64,000 nucleotides of DNA from Acidobacteriota bacterium (GCA_965209055.1 OZ242374.1:5824001-5888000), one strand, 5' to 3'; numbered from the stretch's first letter, positions 40,299 to 50,273 are shown. Numbers and translations: made by a program. Notes: generated by a model from the sequence alone, not told the origin.

Positions 40299-40647
40299 GT
40301 CTTCTGTCCATCTTCCTGGAGGCGACATTCGAGTCGCCCCTCTTCTCCATCCCGGATGCTCCCGGCGGAGCGCGGGGATCAAGACCTTCCGCCCTCAGTC
40401 GGGCCCCGCCCCATTGAGACGCGGGAGTTGCGTCACGACGATTTCCCCGCGCCCAATTCCCGAATCTGTGCGAAAATATCCATCAGCGAGCGTCCCTTGA
40501 AACGCGCCGCGGCAGGAGGTCACCGGCTCCACCCCAGCAGATTTCCACCACACCGACCGAGCGAATCAGCCCTCAGATAGAAGCGCCCCCGGCAGCAGCC
40601 GGCTGGAGACGGACAGCAAGACCTGAAATCCGCAGGAATCGACGCAG

Positions 40648-41967
40648 ATGGCCCAGGACATCAAGAAACTCTACCTCTTCCATCTGTTGCTCTCGGTCTC
40701 TCTGACCGCGGTGGGTTCGTTCCTCTTCATCGATCGGCTTTTTCTCCGCCTGGGGCTGAGCATGTCCCAATTCGGGCTGATCAAGGGGACCGCCTTCCTG
40801 GTTCCCGTCACCCTGAACCTTGTGCTGTCCCCCTATATCGCACGTCTGGGACGAGACCGTGAGATCGTGGCCGTCAGTTACGGGCTCCGGGTCTTTCTCC
40901 CCTACCTGTTTCTGCTACTGCCCTGGTTCCCGGTATCGGCGTCGCTCCTCACGCTCATCTGTGCCCTGATCTTCATGGTCACCCTGATCTGTCCGGTCGT
41001 CGCCCATACCAGCCTTTCGTCACTGTGCAGATACCACATCCCGCAAGAGAAGCTGGGAATGCACATGGGTTACATCCTCTCGTTGATGACGGTTCCCAGT
41101 GTCATTCTGGCCGTTCCCGCCAGTTGGTACATTGATCTCCATACCGCCGAGAGCGACTCGCGGTTCTACGGTGCTTTTCTGCACGTTTTCCTGGCGACGA
41201 CACTGTTCATCCTGGCGGCTGCCTGGTTCATTCTCCGCCTCAATCCGCGGAAGGAGTCCGCCCCCAGACGCAGACGGCCGGGATTCACCGATATCGCGGA
41301 GCCCTTCCGTAATCGTCCCTATCGCGTTTTCCTGCACGCCTCCTTCATGCTCAGCATGGTCGGGACCATGATCACCTCCTTCATCAATCCCTACCTTCTG
41401 GGTCCTCAGAACCTGAGCATGTTCCAGGTCAGCCTGATCACGGTATTGGTCTCCACGGTGGGAGTGGGCTTGAGGCGCCTCTGGGGCCACATGTGCGATG
41501 AGTATGGCGGCAAGAATGTCCTGCGGATCTCGGTGGTGGGGGTCGCAGCCGCGCTATTCGTCCTTACCGGCAAGGGACTGATTCCGATTTTGATCTACGC
41601 CGTCATGGCCTGGAATGTGACCGAGGGTCTGTTCGGCGCGGGACTGTTCACGGGACAGCAGTACCTGAGCCTGGCCCTGAGCGACGGGGAAAGAACCAAC
41701 GTCTACATCGCCGCCACCTCCTTCGCCAATGGCACCGGGATGTTCGCCGGGTCTCTGCTGGGAGGCTTTCTGCTGGACTGGCTGGCCGGTCAGATACGAG
41801 TCGAGCAAACCGGCGCCCACTACGCCATCTACTTCACCTACTGCGCCCTTTTGTACCTGGTCGTGGGCCATTTCGTCACTGCGCTGCGAGAGCGCAGGCG
41901 GCGCGTGAGATCTACGGAACTGGTCCTGAGAATGTACCGGGCGCTCCGGTCCAAAATGCGACGGTAG
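40648..41967 (+). CDS. MFS transporter
   Basis: About 12 hydrophobic segments; WGHMCDEYGGK (MFS motif A variant). Confidence 0.8.
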   Translation: MAQDIKKLYLFHLLLSVSLTAVGSFLFIDRLFLRLGLSMSQFGLIKGTAFLVPVTLNLVLSPYIARLGRDREIVAVSYGLRVFLPYLFLLLPWFPVSASLLTLICALIFMVTLICPVVAHTSLSSLCRYHIPQEKLGMHMGYILSLMTVPSVILAVPASWYIDLHTAESDSRFYGAFLHVFLATTLFILAAAWFILRLNPRKESAPRRRRPGFTDIAEPFRNRPYRVFLHASFMLSMVGTMITSFINPYLLGPQNLSMFQVSLITVLVSTVGVGLRRLWGHMCDEYGGKNVLRISVVGVAAALFVLTGKGLIPILIYAVMAWNVTEGLFGAGLFTGQQYLSLALSDGERTNVYIAATSFANGTGMFAGSLLGGFLLDWLAGQIRVEQTGAHYAIYFTYCALLYLVVGHFVTALRERRRRVRSTELVLRMYRALRSKMRR

Positions 41968-42081
41968 CATGACCGCCGTCGAGTGCTATGCGGCCTCCAG
42001 CGGAACGGGAAACGACAGAAACCGGATTCGGATGGAGGCGGGGCCGGCGTTCCAGGTCAGCGGCTACCCGCCTCGCCGCCC

Positions 42082-43410
42082 CTATCCGGTCTTGGCCTTG
42101 CGGGTGAAATACCCGGCCTTGGCGGGAAATGAACTCAGACGCTGCATCAGGTCGTTTCTGACGCCCCGAAAGGTGTCCAGATGCTGCGGAGCCACCGGTT
42201 TTTCGGGCGGGAATTTGAGCTTGGAGGGATTCCGGTACCGGCCGGTCTGATCCTGGATTCGATAGTCCAGATGGGGCCCCGTGGAAAGGCCGGTGGATCC
42301 GACTCTCCCGATGACGTCCCCCTGATCCACGCGCTGGCCCCGGCGAACCTGGATCCGGGACAGGTGCGCGTAGCTGGTGGAATACTGTCCATGGCCGATC
42401 TTCACCATCTTCCCGTAGCCCCCTTTGCGGCCGGCGAACGAGACGGTCCCGGAAGCGACCGAGATCACCTCGGTGCCGGTGGGAGCGCCATAATCGACTC
42501 CCAGGTGCGGACGGCGGCGCTTCAATATGGGATGGAAACGGGAATAGGAGAAGCCGGAAGTGATGCGGGGATCGAACTTGAAAGGCACCCGGAGGAACGC
42601 TTTCCGCAATGAGTTCCCCTTCTCGTCGAAGTAATCCTGCTTGCCCGTCTCGGGATCAGTGAACAGAATCCCGAACAAACTCCTGTCCATCTGGTCGAAC
42701 CGGACGGCCAGCACATCGCCGTACTTGACGAACCGGCCCGCCCGATACTTCTTCTCCACCAGCAGCGTAAACGAATCTTGAGGCTGCAACTGGGTGAAGT
42801 CGAGGTCCCAGCCGAGAATATCCAGCACCTTGAAGACCAGGGCGTACTTCTCGCCCTGGGAGATCAGGGCTTGCGTCAGACTGGTCCGGATCTCCCCGAA
42901 GACCCGTTTCTCCTCCAACTGGAAATCGTATTTGTGACGAGTCGCCACGTACCGGTCGCGCTCCTGACGGACGACCAGGTACTCCTCTTCGTCGATGTCG
43001 TAGCGGACGCTCCGAAACGATCCGTCGAGTTCCAGCTCCAGCACCAGGCGATTCCCCGGCCGGACCCGGTCCAGGTTGTAGACGGACCGGGTATCCTCCA
43101 CCAGCCGGTGGATCTCCGAACCCGAAACGTCGAATCCGCGGAGTACGGTCGCCAAAGTGGCGCCGCGAGGGATGCCGGCCTTTCGAACCGTCACGGGCTC
43201 GGGCTCGGGAACCTGGGGTCCGGCGTCGGACACCGTCTCGGAAACCGCCGGAGAGGGCGATCCTCCCAACCTGAGGTCGATCCGGTGTCTCTGAAACAAC
43301 ACCACCACGACCAGCACAACCGATACCACGGCCAGAAGGCCAAGACCGTACCTGCTCTTTATCGGACCCACAGGACTATCCCATTCGTTGCGAGACCCGG
43401 ACTCTACCAC
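42082..43410 (-). CDS. M23-family peptidoglycan DD-endopeptidase (MepM-like)
   Basis: RPHLGVDYGAP (HxxxD), YAHL, STGPHLDY; N-terminal TM; start uncertain. Confidence 0.88.
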   Translation of the reverse strand: MVESGSRNEWDSPVGPIKSRYGLGLLAVVSVVLVVVVLFQRHRIDLRLGGSPSPAVSETVSDAGPQVPEPEPVTVRKAGIPRGATLATVLRGFDVSGSEIHRLVEDTRSVYNLDRVRPGNRLVLELELDGSFRSVRYDIDEEEYLVVRQERDRYVATRHKYDFQLEEKRVFGEIRTSLTQALISQGEKYALVFKVLDILGWDLDFTQLQPQDSFTLLVEKKYRAGRFVKYGDVLAVRFDQMDRSLFGILFTDPETGKQDYFDEKGNSLRKAFLRVPFKFDPRITSGFSYSRFHPILKRRRPHLGVDYGAPTGTEVISVASGTVSFAGRKGGYGKMVKIGHGQYSTSYAHLSRIQVRRGQRVDQGDVIGRVGSTGLSTGPHLDYRIQDQTGRYRNPSKLKFPPEKPVAPQHLDTFRGVRNDLMQRLSSFPAKAGYFTRKAKTG

Positions 43411-43420
43411 AGAGATCCCG

Positions 43421-43906
43421 TTATCCGTCCAAAGCGCGCAGACTCGACTCTACGACCTCAGGCACCAGGCCGGTGATCTCCCCTCCCAAGGTGTAGACCT
43501 CCTTGACCAGGCTGGAACTCAGGTACGAGTACTCGGAGGAAGGCAGCATGAATATGGTTTCGATGCAAGACTCCATCCTCCGGTTCATCAGGGCCATCTG
43601 GAATTCGTATTCGTAATCGGTGACGGCCCGGATGCCGCGGACGATGACCCGGGCACCCTTCTCCACTGCGTAACTCACCAAAAGGCCATCGAAAGAATTC
43701 ACCTTAACATTTGGCCATGACCTGGTGACTTGCCGCAGCATGGCGAGCCTCTTCTGGGCGCTGAAAAGTGGTTTCTTTTCCAGGTTTTGCAGCACCGCCA
43801 CGATCACCGTGTCGAAGACGTTCCGGCTCCGGCGGATGATGTCGAGATGCCCGTTGGTCACGGGATCGAAGGATCCCGGATAGATTGCGATGACCGGCTC
43901 ACCCAT
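43421..43906 (-). CDS. coaD: Phosphopantetheine adenylyltransferase
   Basis: YPGSFDPVTNGHLDII, RGIRAVTDYEYE, SSSLVKE. Confidence 0.97.
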   Translation of the reverse strand: MGEPVIAIYPGSFDPVTNGHLDIIRRSRNVFDTVIVAVLQNLEKKPLFSAQKRLAMLRQVTRSWPNVKVNSFDGLLVSYAVEKGARVIVRGIRAVTDYEYEFQMALMNRRMESCIETIFMLPSSEYSYLSSSLVKEVYTLGGEITGLVPEVVESSLRALDG

Positions 43907-44064
43907 GAGATCCGCATCATGTTACGCAGGCCATGATTGAATGACAACCGCGGCGGGGACAGGCAGAGCGTCCGGCAGACCGAGGGGAACGGCGCGGCAG
44001 GTGCCGCAACACCAGCCGCCTGCGCCGTCCATCTGCAGGCCCGAACCAGGACTCGAAATCGGCG

Positions 44065-44094
44065 TTGACACCGCTGGGACCGAATCCCTACAAT
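44065..44094 (+). promoter_or_regulatory. Near-consensus sigma70 promoter of the ECF sigma gene
   Basis: TTGACA-N18-TACAAT. Confidence 0.65.
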
Positions 44095-44186
44095 AGCCGG
44101 CCTGTTTCGCTGCAGGTTTCTCCCACCCCCTGATCGGCCTGCAGCGGCTTGCTAATTTCCGTTTCTGCGAAGCGGGTGTAGACCGC

Positions 44187-44753
44187 ATGCTGGAACGGGT
44201 TTGGCAAAAAAAGTACATCGCTCTTCGCTCCATTGTTCGCAGCTTCCTGTTCGACGACGCACGCGTCGAGGACATCCTCCAGGACGCTCTTTCCCAGGTG
44301 TTAGCCTCGGGGCGGAGCTTTCCTGACGAGCTGGAAACCTACCGCTACCTGCGCCGGTCCGTCTTCAACGCCAGCATCGACCACTACCGCGCTTCCCGGC
44401 GCCGTATCTATCTGCCACTGCCGGAGGAACCGGGTGAGTTCACGCTTCCGATCCACAACGTTCCTGCCGACCCCCTCACTCTCCTGCTCCAACGAGAGAG
44501 GAAGAACCTCAGACATGACGTTCTCCAGGAGATCACGGCGGCCATGTCCGAGCTTCCGGGCGTTCAGCAGGAGGCGATCCGGATGATCATGGGACCGCGG
44601 GAAATGAAGCTGAAGGACCTCTGCCGGATCAAGGGAATTCCCTACAGCACGCTGCGCAGCCGCATGCTGGCCGGCGTCGAACGATTGCGCCGCCGGCTCA
44701 AGGCCAGGAGCCTCTATCGCGAGTACGTGAACCTGGGTCGGAGGAGGAGGTGA
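44187..44753 (+). CDS. ECF RNA polymerase sigma factor
   Basis: Region 2 (VEDILQD...YLRRSVFNASIDHYR) and region 4 (LPGVQQEAI...GIPYSTLRSR). Confidence 0.82.
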   Translation: MLERVWQKKYIALRSIVRSFLFDDARVEDILQDALSQVLASGRSFPDELETYRYLRRSVFNASIDHYRASRRRIYLPLPEEPGEFTLPIHNVPADPLTLLLQRERKNLRHDVLQEITAAMSELPGVQQEAIRMIMGPREMKLKDLCRIKGIPYSTLRSRMLAGVERLRRRLKARSLYREYVNLGRRRR

Positions 44754-44757
44754 CAAC

Positions 44758-45360
44758 TCAAGGATCGACCGCGGACCCGGTTTCATCCGGCCGTCCGCTG
44801 CCCGGATCCCGCGGCTCTCCTGCAATCGCGTAGAAGAGAAGCTTGTTGTCGCCGACCCGCACCGTGCGGGTCCAAGTGATCCGGTGGGACGTTTCCGGAC
44901 GCGGAGTCTTCTTGAACACCTCCAGGACGATGGTGCTCTCCGGGCGCATCCAGGGCATGGCCGAGAGCCTCTCCAGAAGCTTGGCGTGGCGTTTGAACTT
45001 GTAGGGCGGATCCAAAAAGACGAAGTCGACGGCGGGAGGCCGGAGATTCCTCAGCAGGGTGAAGGAATCCTTCTGGTGAATCTCGAATCCCTCCTCCACG
45101 CGGCAAAGGGCCAGATTCTTCCGGACCAGCGCCGTGGATTCCCGGAACCGGTCGTTGAAGATCACGTATCGGGCGCCCCGGCTGATGGCCTCGATTCCCA
45201 CGGCTCCCGACCCCGTGAACAGGTCGAGCCAGACGGAACCCGGGACCCGGTCGCGAACGACGTTGAAGAGTGTCTCCCGGGCCCGGTCGGTGGTGGGCCG
45301 GATATCGGCCCTGAAACCGGCCAGCCTCTTGCCGCGGAATCTACCGGCGATGATCCTCAT
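44758..45360 (-). CDS. rsmD: 16S rRNA m2G966 methyltransferase
   Basis: MRIIAGRFRG, RPTTDRARETLFN, LDLFTGSG, DPPY. Confidence 0.95.
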   Translation of the reverse strand: MRIIAGRFRGKRLAGFRADIRPTTDRARETLFNVVRDRVPGSVWLDLFTGSGAVGIEAISRGARYVIFNDRFRESTALVRKNLALCRVEEGFEIHQKDSFTLLRNLRPPAVDFVFLDPPYKFKRHAKLLERLSAMPWMRPESTIVLEVFKKTPRPETSHRITWTRTVRVGDNKLLFYAIAGEPRDPGSGRPDETGSAVDP

Positions 45361-45376
45361 GCCCGTTCCAGCGGAA

Positions 45377-47500
45377 TCAACCGACGTCGAAGAGACCGAA
45401 TCGGCTCCGCCACTGGTCCGCCAACCGGACCAGTTGGTCCTTGCCCTCTCCCTTTGCGTCTTCTGTCAGGACGCTGAAGTGATGCCGTGCCTCCCGGGCC
45501 GCCAACTCCAGCAGGCGGCGGTCCCGGACGATGTTGCCGAACCGGAACTGGGGAATCCCCGACTGCCGGGTCCCCACGAACTCCCCGGGCCCCCGAATCT
45601 CCAGGTCCTTCTCGGCGATGCGGAAGCCGTCGGAAGTCCGGCACATGATATCCAAGCGGCGGAAGGCATTCTCGGATCGAGCCCCGCCGGTCAAGAGAAC
45701 GCAGGTCCCCCGGTGGCCACCGCGCCCGATCCGGCCCCGCAACTGGTGAAGCTGGGAGAGGCCGAAACGTTCGGCATGCTCCACCACCATGACCGTCGCA
45801 TTGGGAACGTCCAGACCCACCTCCACGACCGTCGTCGCCACCAGAATCTGTATCGTGCCGTCGCGCAGGGCCTGCATCTGCGCATCTTTCTCCTCACTCT
45901 TGAGACGGCCGTGGATCAGGCCCAGCCCGTAGCCCGGGAACACTTCCCGGAGTTGACCGGCCATCTCCTCGGCGGCGCGCAGTTCCAGCTTGTCCGATTC
46001 CTCGATCAACGGATACACCACGTACGCTTGACGGCCCTGGGCCAGTTCCCGCTTCAGGAGGCCGTAGACCCGGTCCCGGTCCGGTTCCGAGTAGAGGACC
46101 GTCTCGACCGGCTGGCGCCCCGGAGGCAACTCGTCCAGGACCGAGAGGTCCAGGTCGCCGTACACCGTCAGGGCGAGGCTTCTTGGAATCGGAGTGGCCG
46201 TCATGATCAATACGTCGGGTTGATCCCCCTTGCCCATGAGCCGCGACCGTTGCAGCACCCCGAAACGGTGTTGCTCGTCGATCACCGCCAGACCCAGGTC
46301 CCGAAACCGGACCGGCGCCTCGATCAGGGCGTGAGTCCCGATGACCAGTTGGACGGCGCCCGAACGGATCTGTTCCAGGATGCCCTGGCGCCGCTTGCCC
46401 CGGACCCGTCCCGTGAGCAGCGCCAACCGGTAACCGGTGTCCCGCAGGTATCGCGAAAGCGTCTGGAAGTGCTGCTCGGCCAGGATCTCCGTCGGCGCCA
46501 TGAGAGCGGCCTGCAATCCGTTCTCCAGCACCACCACCATGGCCTGGAGGGCGACGATGGTCTTGCCCGAGCCCACGTCCCCATGGAGCAGCCGTCTCAT
46601 GACGTTGCCGCTGAGCAGATCGTCGACGATCTCGCCCACCACTCTCTTCTGGGCGGACGTGGGATGGAAGGGAAGGATCCCCTTCACCACCTCCCGAACC
46701 CCATCGTTGATCTCGATCCGACGGGTCTTGGGCAGAGACTCCCGGTCCCGGCGCACCACCTGGAGACCCAGGTGAAACAGGAAGAACTCCTCGAAGACGA
46801 ATCTGCGCTGCGCCGGAGTCGCGCTCGACTCCAGGTCCTCCAGGAAAGCCTCCCGCTTCCGGTCTTCCGGCCGGACGGGGAAATGGAGTTCGCGCCACGC
46901 CCGGCGGCGGTCCGGCAGGCCGTGCTTCTCCAGCAACCGGTCCGGAATCGGGTCCTGGATGTCCCGCTGCAACCCGGTCACGGCGCGATGGACGATGGCG
47001 CGCAGCGACCGGGTCGTCAGTTTTCCCACCCGCCGGTAGATGGGAACGATCCGCCCGGAATGGATGGCCGAGTCCGACGAGGAAATCACGAGCTCCCATT
47101 CCGGGTTCAGGAGCACCGGGCGGAGAGTGTAGTCGTCGCGGCGAACCTGGCCATAGAGAATCAGCCGCTGTCCGTTGCGGAGGACGTGTTGGAGGTAGGG
47201 TTGGTTGAAGAACTTGACCGCAAGCGCTCCCGAACGGTCCTCCACCACCATTTCGAAGATCCGGACCTTCTTCATCGGGGTGGAGTAGTTCCCGCAAACG
47301 GCGATCTCGCCCTCCACCAGGGCGTCCTCACCGACCTGTAGCTGGTTCACGAGCCGGAAGCTGGACCGGTCCTCGTAGCGAAACGGCTTGTAGTTGAGGA
47401 GATCCTCGACGGTGCCGATCCGGGCTTTCTGCAGCATGGCGGCCCGGGCCGGCCCCACTCCCTTCACGTACTGAACCGGCACTTCCAACCGCAGCGGCAT
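45377..47500 (-). CDS. recG: ATP-dependent DNA helicase RecG
   Basis: GDVGSGKT, DEQHRFGV, TATPIPR, QLHQLRGRIGR, DLEIRGPG. Confidence 0.97.
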   Translation of the reverse strand: MPLRLEVPVQYVKGVGPARAAMLQKARIGTVEDLLNYKPFRYEDRSSFRLVNQLQVGEDALVEGEIAVCGNYSTPMKKVRIFEMVVEDRSGALAVKFFNQPYLQHVLRNGQRLILYGQVRRDDYTLRPVLLNPEWELVISSSDSAIHSGRIVPIYRRVGKLTTRSLRAIVHRAVTGLQRDIQDPIPDRLLEKHGLPDRRRAWRELHFPVRPEDRKREAFLEDLESSATPAQRRFVFEEFFLFHLGLQVVRRDRESLPKTRRIEINDGVREVVKGILPFHPTSAQKRVVGEIVDDLLSGNVMRRLLHGDVGSGKTIVALQAMVVVLENGLQAALMAPTEILAEQHFQTLSRYLRDTGYRLALLTGRVRGKRRQGILEQIRSGAVQLVIGTHALIEAPVRFRDLGLAVIDEQHRFGVLQRSRLMGKGDQPDVLIMTATPIPRSLALTVYGDLDLSVLDELPPGRQPVETVLYSEPDRDRVYGLLKRELAQGRQAYVVYPLIEESDKLELRAAEEMAGQLREVFPGYGLGLIHGRLKSEEKDAQMQALRDGTIQILVATTVVEVGLDVPNATVMVVEHAERFGLSQLHQLRGRIGRGGHRGTCVLLTGGARSENAFRRLDIMCRTSDGFRIAEKDLEIRGPGEFVGTRQSGIPQFRFGNIVRDRRLLELAAREARHHFSVLTEDAKGEGKDQLVRLADQWRSRFGLFDVG

Positions 47501-47580
47501 CCGGTCAATCTACCACTCCGGTACGGCAGGACACGCCGGGTGCATAGCGAGAGTCGCGGCGCGCTGCTAACATGAAGAAT

Positions 47581-48141
47581 GTGAAGCGGATACTCATGGC
47601 AGTGTTCTTTCTGCCTCTCCTGGCTTGCGGCAAGAGTCTGGAGAGGCAGATCGTCGACGACCTGAGCAACATGGACCAGGCCCGGCTCGGCAAGGGGCAG
47701 GTCCGCATCGACAAGCTGAGACGAACCGGGAACCATGCCGTCGCCGAGGTGACCCTCAAGACCGCAGTCAAGCTCATTCGACGAGACCGCGCGTGGGTCA
47801 TCGAAGAGATCCGGCTGGGCGACCGGAGATGGGAAAGGGTGGAGAACATTCTGGCGGCGTTGGACGAGGAAAGGTCGCTGCGCACGCGCTCCGACCTGAA
47901 GCTGATCGACTCTGCCATCAGCCGCTACCGGCTGGAACGCGGGGAGCTGCCGCCGGCCGGGAGCTACCGTGAGCTCATGGACCACCTGACCCCGGAATAC
48001 ATGCAGCCCACCACCGAGCTGGATGGATGGTTCAAGCAGTACGTTTATCGGACCCTGTCGGCCGAGGACTACGATCTCCGTTCGGCGGGACCCGACGGGA
48101 TCGCCCGAACCTCGGATGACGTGACATTGGAGCAACCCTGA
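47581..48141 (+). CDS. Lipoprotein with a C-terminal GspG (T2SS pseudopilin)-like domain
   Basis: Lipobox LLAC; C-terminal DGW...Y.Y...LRSAGPDG...DD. Start is 47572 or 47581. Confidence 0.65.
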   Translation: MKRILMAVFFLPLLACGKSLERQIVDDLSNMDQARLGKGQVRIDKLRRTGNHAVAEVTLKTAVKLIRRDRAWVIEEIRLGDRRWERVENILAALDEERSLRTRSDLKLIDSAISRYRLERGELPPAGSYRELMDHLTPEYMQPTTELDGWFKQYVYRTLSAEDYDLRSAGPDGIARTSDDVTLEQP

Positions 48142-49010
48142 TGCGAAAAGACACCAGTGTTCTGCTCGCGACTCTGGGACTTTGCCTGGTGCTGCTGGTG
48201 GGGTTCTCCCTCTACCGGTCCCTGCCCGACCGGCTCCCCTGGATTCAGAGCTATCAACAGGCCCTGAAGCAGGCGCAGCAGGAAGGCAAGTTCGTCCTGG
48301 CGTACCTCTATACGGATTGGTGCGGATACTGCAAGAAGATGGAGGCGGAGACCTTCACCGACCAGGCGGTCATCGACGAGATGTCCGACAGCTACGTCTG
48401 GCTCAAGCTCAACGCCGAAACGGACCGTGAGGGCCAGCAACTCCAGGAGAGGTTCAACATCACCGGCTATCCGGGTCTGATTCTGCTCGACGGCGACGGG
48501 CAGGAGATGGAGCGGATCTCGGGTTTCGTCCCTGCGGAAGCATTTCGGCAGCGCGTGGCGGCCGCGGCAGGCGGCCCGGGCTCCTTCGCCAGCCTCTTGC
48601 GAACGGCGAGCCGGGAACCCGATTCCATCGATGTCCAATATCGCCTGGCCGAGGAATACATCGAACGCCAGGATTTCTCCGCCGCCATCGAACGGCTGCG
48701 CCGGGTCATCGAGCTGGATCCTGAGAACAGCTCGGGGAAGGCCGACTTGAGCTACTACTACCTGGCTCTGAGCCTGGCCTCCCAGGGGAACGAGGAACTG
48801 GCGCTCGTGGAACTCGATTCCCTGCAATCCAACTTCCCCGGGAGCGACTACATCGCCGACAGCACTTTCCTGAGGGGCCAGATCTACTACCACTCAGGGA
48901 ACCGGGATCAGGCCGAGAAGGTCCTCGCGGCCTACGTGCAGGATTTTCCGGAGCACATCCACGTTTCCAAGGCCCGCGACATTCTGGCGGAAAGAGAAGA
49001 AGCGGAGTAG
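48141..49010 (+). CDS. Thioredoxin-fold + TPR protein
   Basis: WCGYC, GYP cis-Pro motif, C-terminal TPR-like repeats. Confidence 0.85.
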   Translation: MRKDTSVLLATLGLCLVLLVGFSLYRSLPDRLPWIQSYQQALKQAQQEGKFVLAYLYTDWCGYCKKMEAETFTDQAVIDEMSDSYVWLKLNAETDREGQQLQERFNITGYPGLILLDGDGQEMERISGFVPAEAFRQRVAAAAGGPGSFASLLRTASREPDSIDVQYRLAEEYIERQDFSAAIERLRRVIELDPENSSGKADLSYYYLALSLASQGNEELALVELDSLQSNFPGSDYIADSTFLRGQIYYHSGNRDQAEKVLAAYVQDFPEHIHVSKARDILAEREEAE

Positions 49011-49064
49011 GAAACCGGAAGGCGGCGCCGGGACCCCGATCGCCGCGCCCGAGACGATCTCCCT

Positions 49065-49664
49065 CTACAACAGGTGCCCGAGCTTTTCCTTCTTGGTCTT
49101 CAGGTACTCTTGCGAGACCGGTGAGGGCTCCACGACCAGGGGAACCCGTTCCACCACCTGGAGCCCTTCGGCCTCCAGGCCGCGAATCTTGGCGGGGTTG
49201 TTGGACATGAGGCGAATCCGGGAGATTCCCAATCGGAGGAGCACCACCGCGCAAAAGCGATAGGAGCGCAGGTCCGCCTCGAAACCCAGCCGGGCGTTGG
49301 CCTCCACCGTATCGGCCCCCTGATCCTGGAACTGATACGCGTGAAGTTTGTTGATGAGGCCGATTCCCCGGCCTTCTTGAAACTGATAGAGCAGGACGCC
49401 GCTGCCGGCCTCGGCGATCATCTGAAGGGCCCGTTCCAACTGTTCCCCGCAATCGCAGCGGAGCGAGTGAAAGATGTCGCCGGTGACGCACTGCGAGTGG
49501 ATCCGCACCAGGGTGGGCCTCTGGTCACTCAGAGGCTGGCGGACCAGCGCCACCAACTGTTCGTCGTCTTCCTCGCTTTCGAACCCGTAGATCCGGAACG
49601 GTCCGAAACGAGTCGGCAGCGCCGCATTGGGCACCGTATCGAGACTCGCCAGGACCTCACTCAT
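49065..49664 (-). CDS. ribA: GTP cyclohydrolase II
   Basis: [10 protein letters not shown]...[18 protein letters not shown]. Confidence 0.96.
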   Translation of the reverse strand: MSEVLASLDTVPNAALPTRFGPFRIYGFESEEDDEQLVALVRQPLSDQRPTLVRIHSQCVTGDIFHSLRCDCGEQLERALQMIAEAGSGVLLYQFQEGRGIGLINKLHAYQFQDQGADTVEANARLGFEADLRSYRFCAVVLLRLGISRIRLMSNNPAKIRGLEAEGLQVVERVPLVVEPSPVSQEYLKTKKEKLGHLL

Positions 49665-49676
49665 GGGCTGATAGTA

Positions 49677-50273
49677 TCACTCCGCGCGGCGAGCGAGTGA
49701 ACTCGACGGCGTGGCCCAGCGCTTCATTCCCTTGACGGAGATGTCGAAGACATCCAGGGCCCGGCCCAGGCTGTGGTCCACCAGATCCTGGAGACTTTCG
49801 GGATGATGGTAGAAGGAGGGGATGGGCGGGGCGACGATCGCTCCCAGCTCCGCCACTTCCACCAGCCGCCGGAGATGTCCCAGGTGCAATGGAGACTCGC
49901 GCACCAGCAGCACCAGCGGCCTTCTCTCTTTCAGGGTCACGTCCGCCGCCCGGGTCAGGAGGTCCTTGGTAATGGAATTGGCCAGGCAGGAGACGGTATG
50001 GATCGAGCAGGGGGCGACGATCATGCCCCGGGTCTTGAAGGAACCACTGGAAATCGCGGCCGCCATGTCGCCCGGTTCATGGACCACGTCAGCCAGATTC
50101 CGCACCTGGTCCAGTTCGTAGCCGGTTTCCAGTTCGACGGTCCTGGGCACGGTCCGGGTGTAGACCAGGTGAGTCTCCACCTCCGGGACGGCGCTCAGAA
50201 GCTCCAGCAGCCGGATTCCGTAGATGGGCGCCGACGCGCCTGACAACCCGACCACCAGTGGAAGAGAATTCAT
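49677..50273 (-). CDS. ubiX: Flavin prenyltransferase UbiX
   Basis: GLSGAS, SSGS, APCS, RAADVTLKERR, RESP, PSFY. Confidence 0.94.
   Translation of the reverse strand: MNSLPLVVGLSGASAPIYGIRLLELLSAVPEVETHLVYTRTVPRTVELETGYELDQVRNLADVVHEPGDMAAAISSGSFKTRGMIVAPCSIHTVSCLANSITKDLLTRAADVTLKERRPLVLLVRESPLHLGHLRRLVEVAELGAIVAPPIPSFYHHPESLQDLVDHSLGRALDVFDISVKGMKRWATPSSSLARRAE

Noticed and set aside
44041-44062. tRNA fragment (ggactcgaa T-arm-like)
   Set aside because: Only a short match, with no acceptor or anticodon stems.
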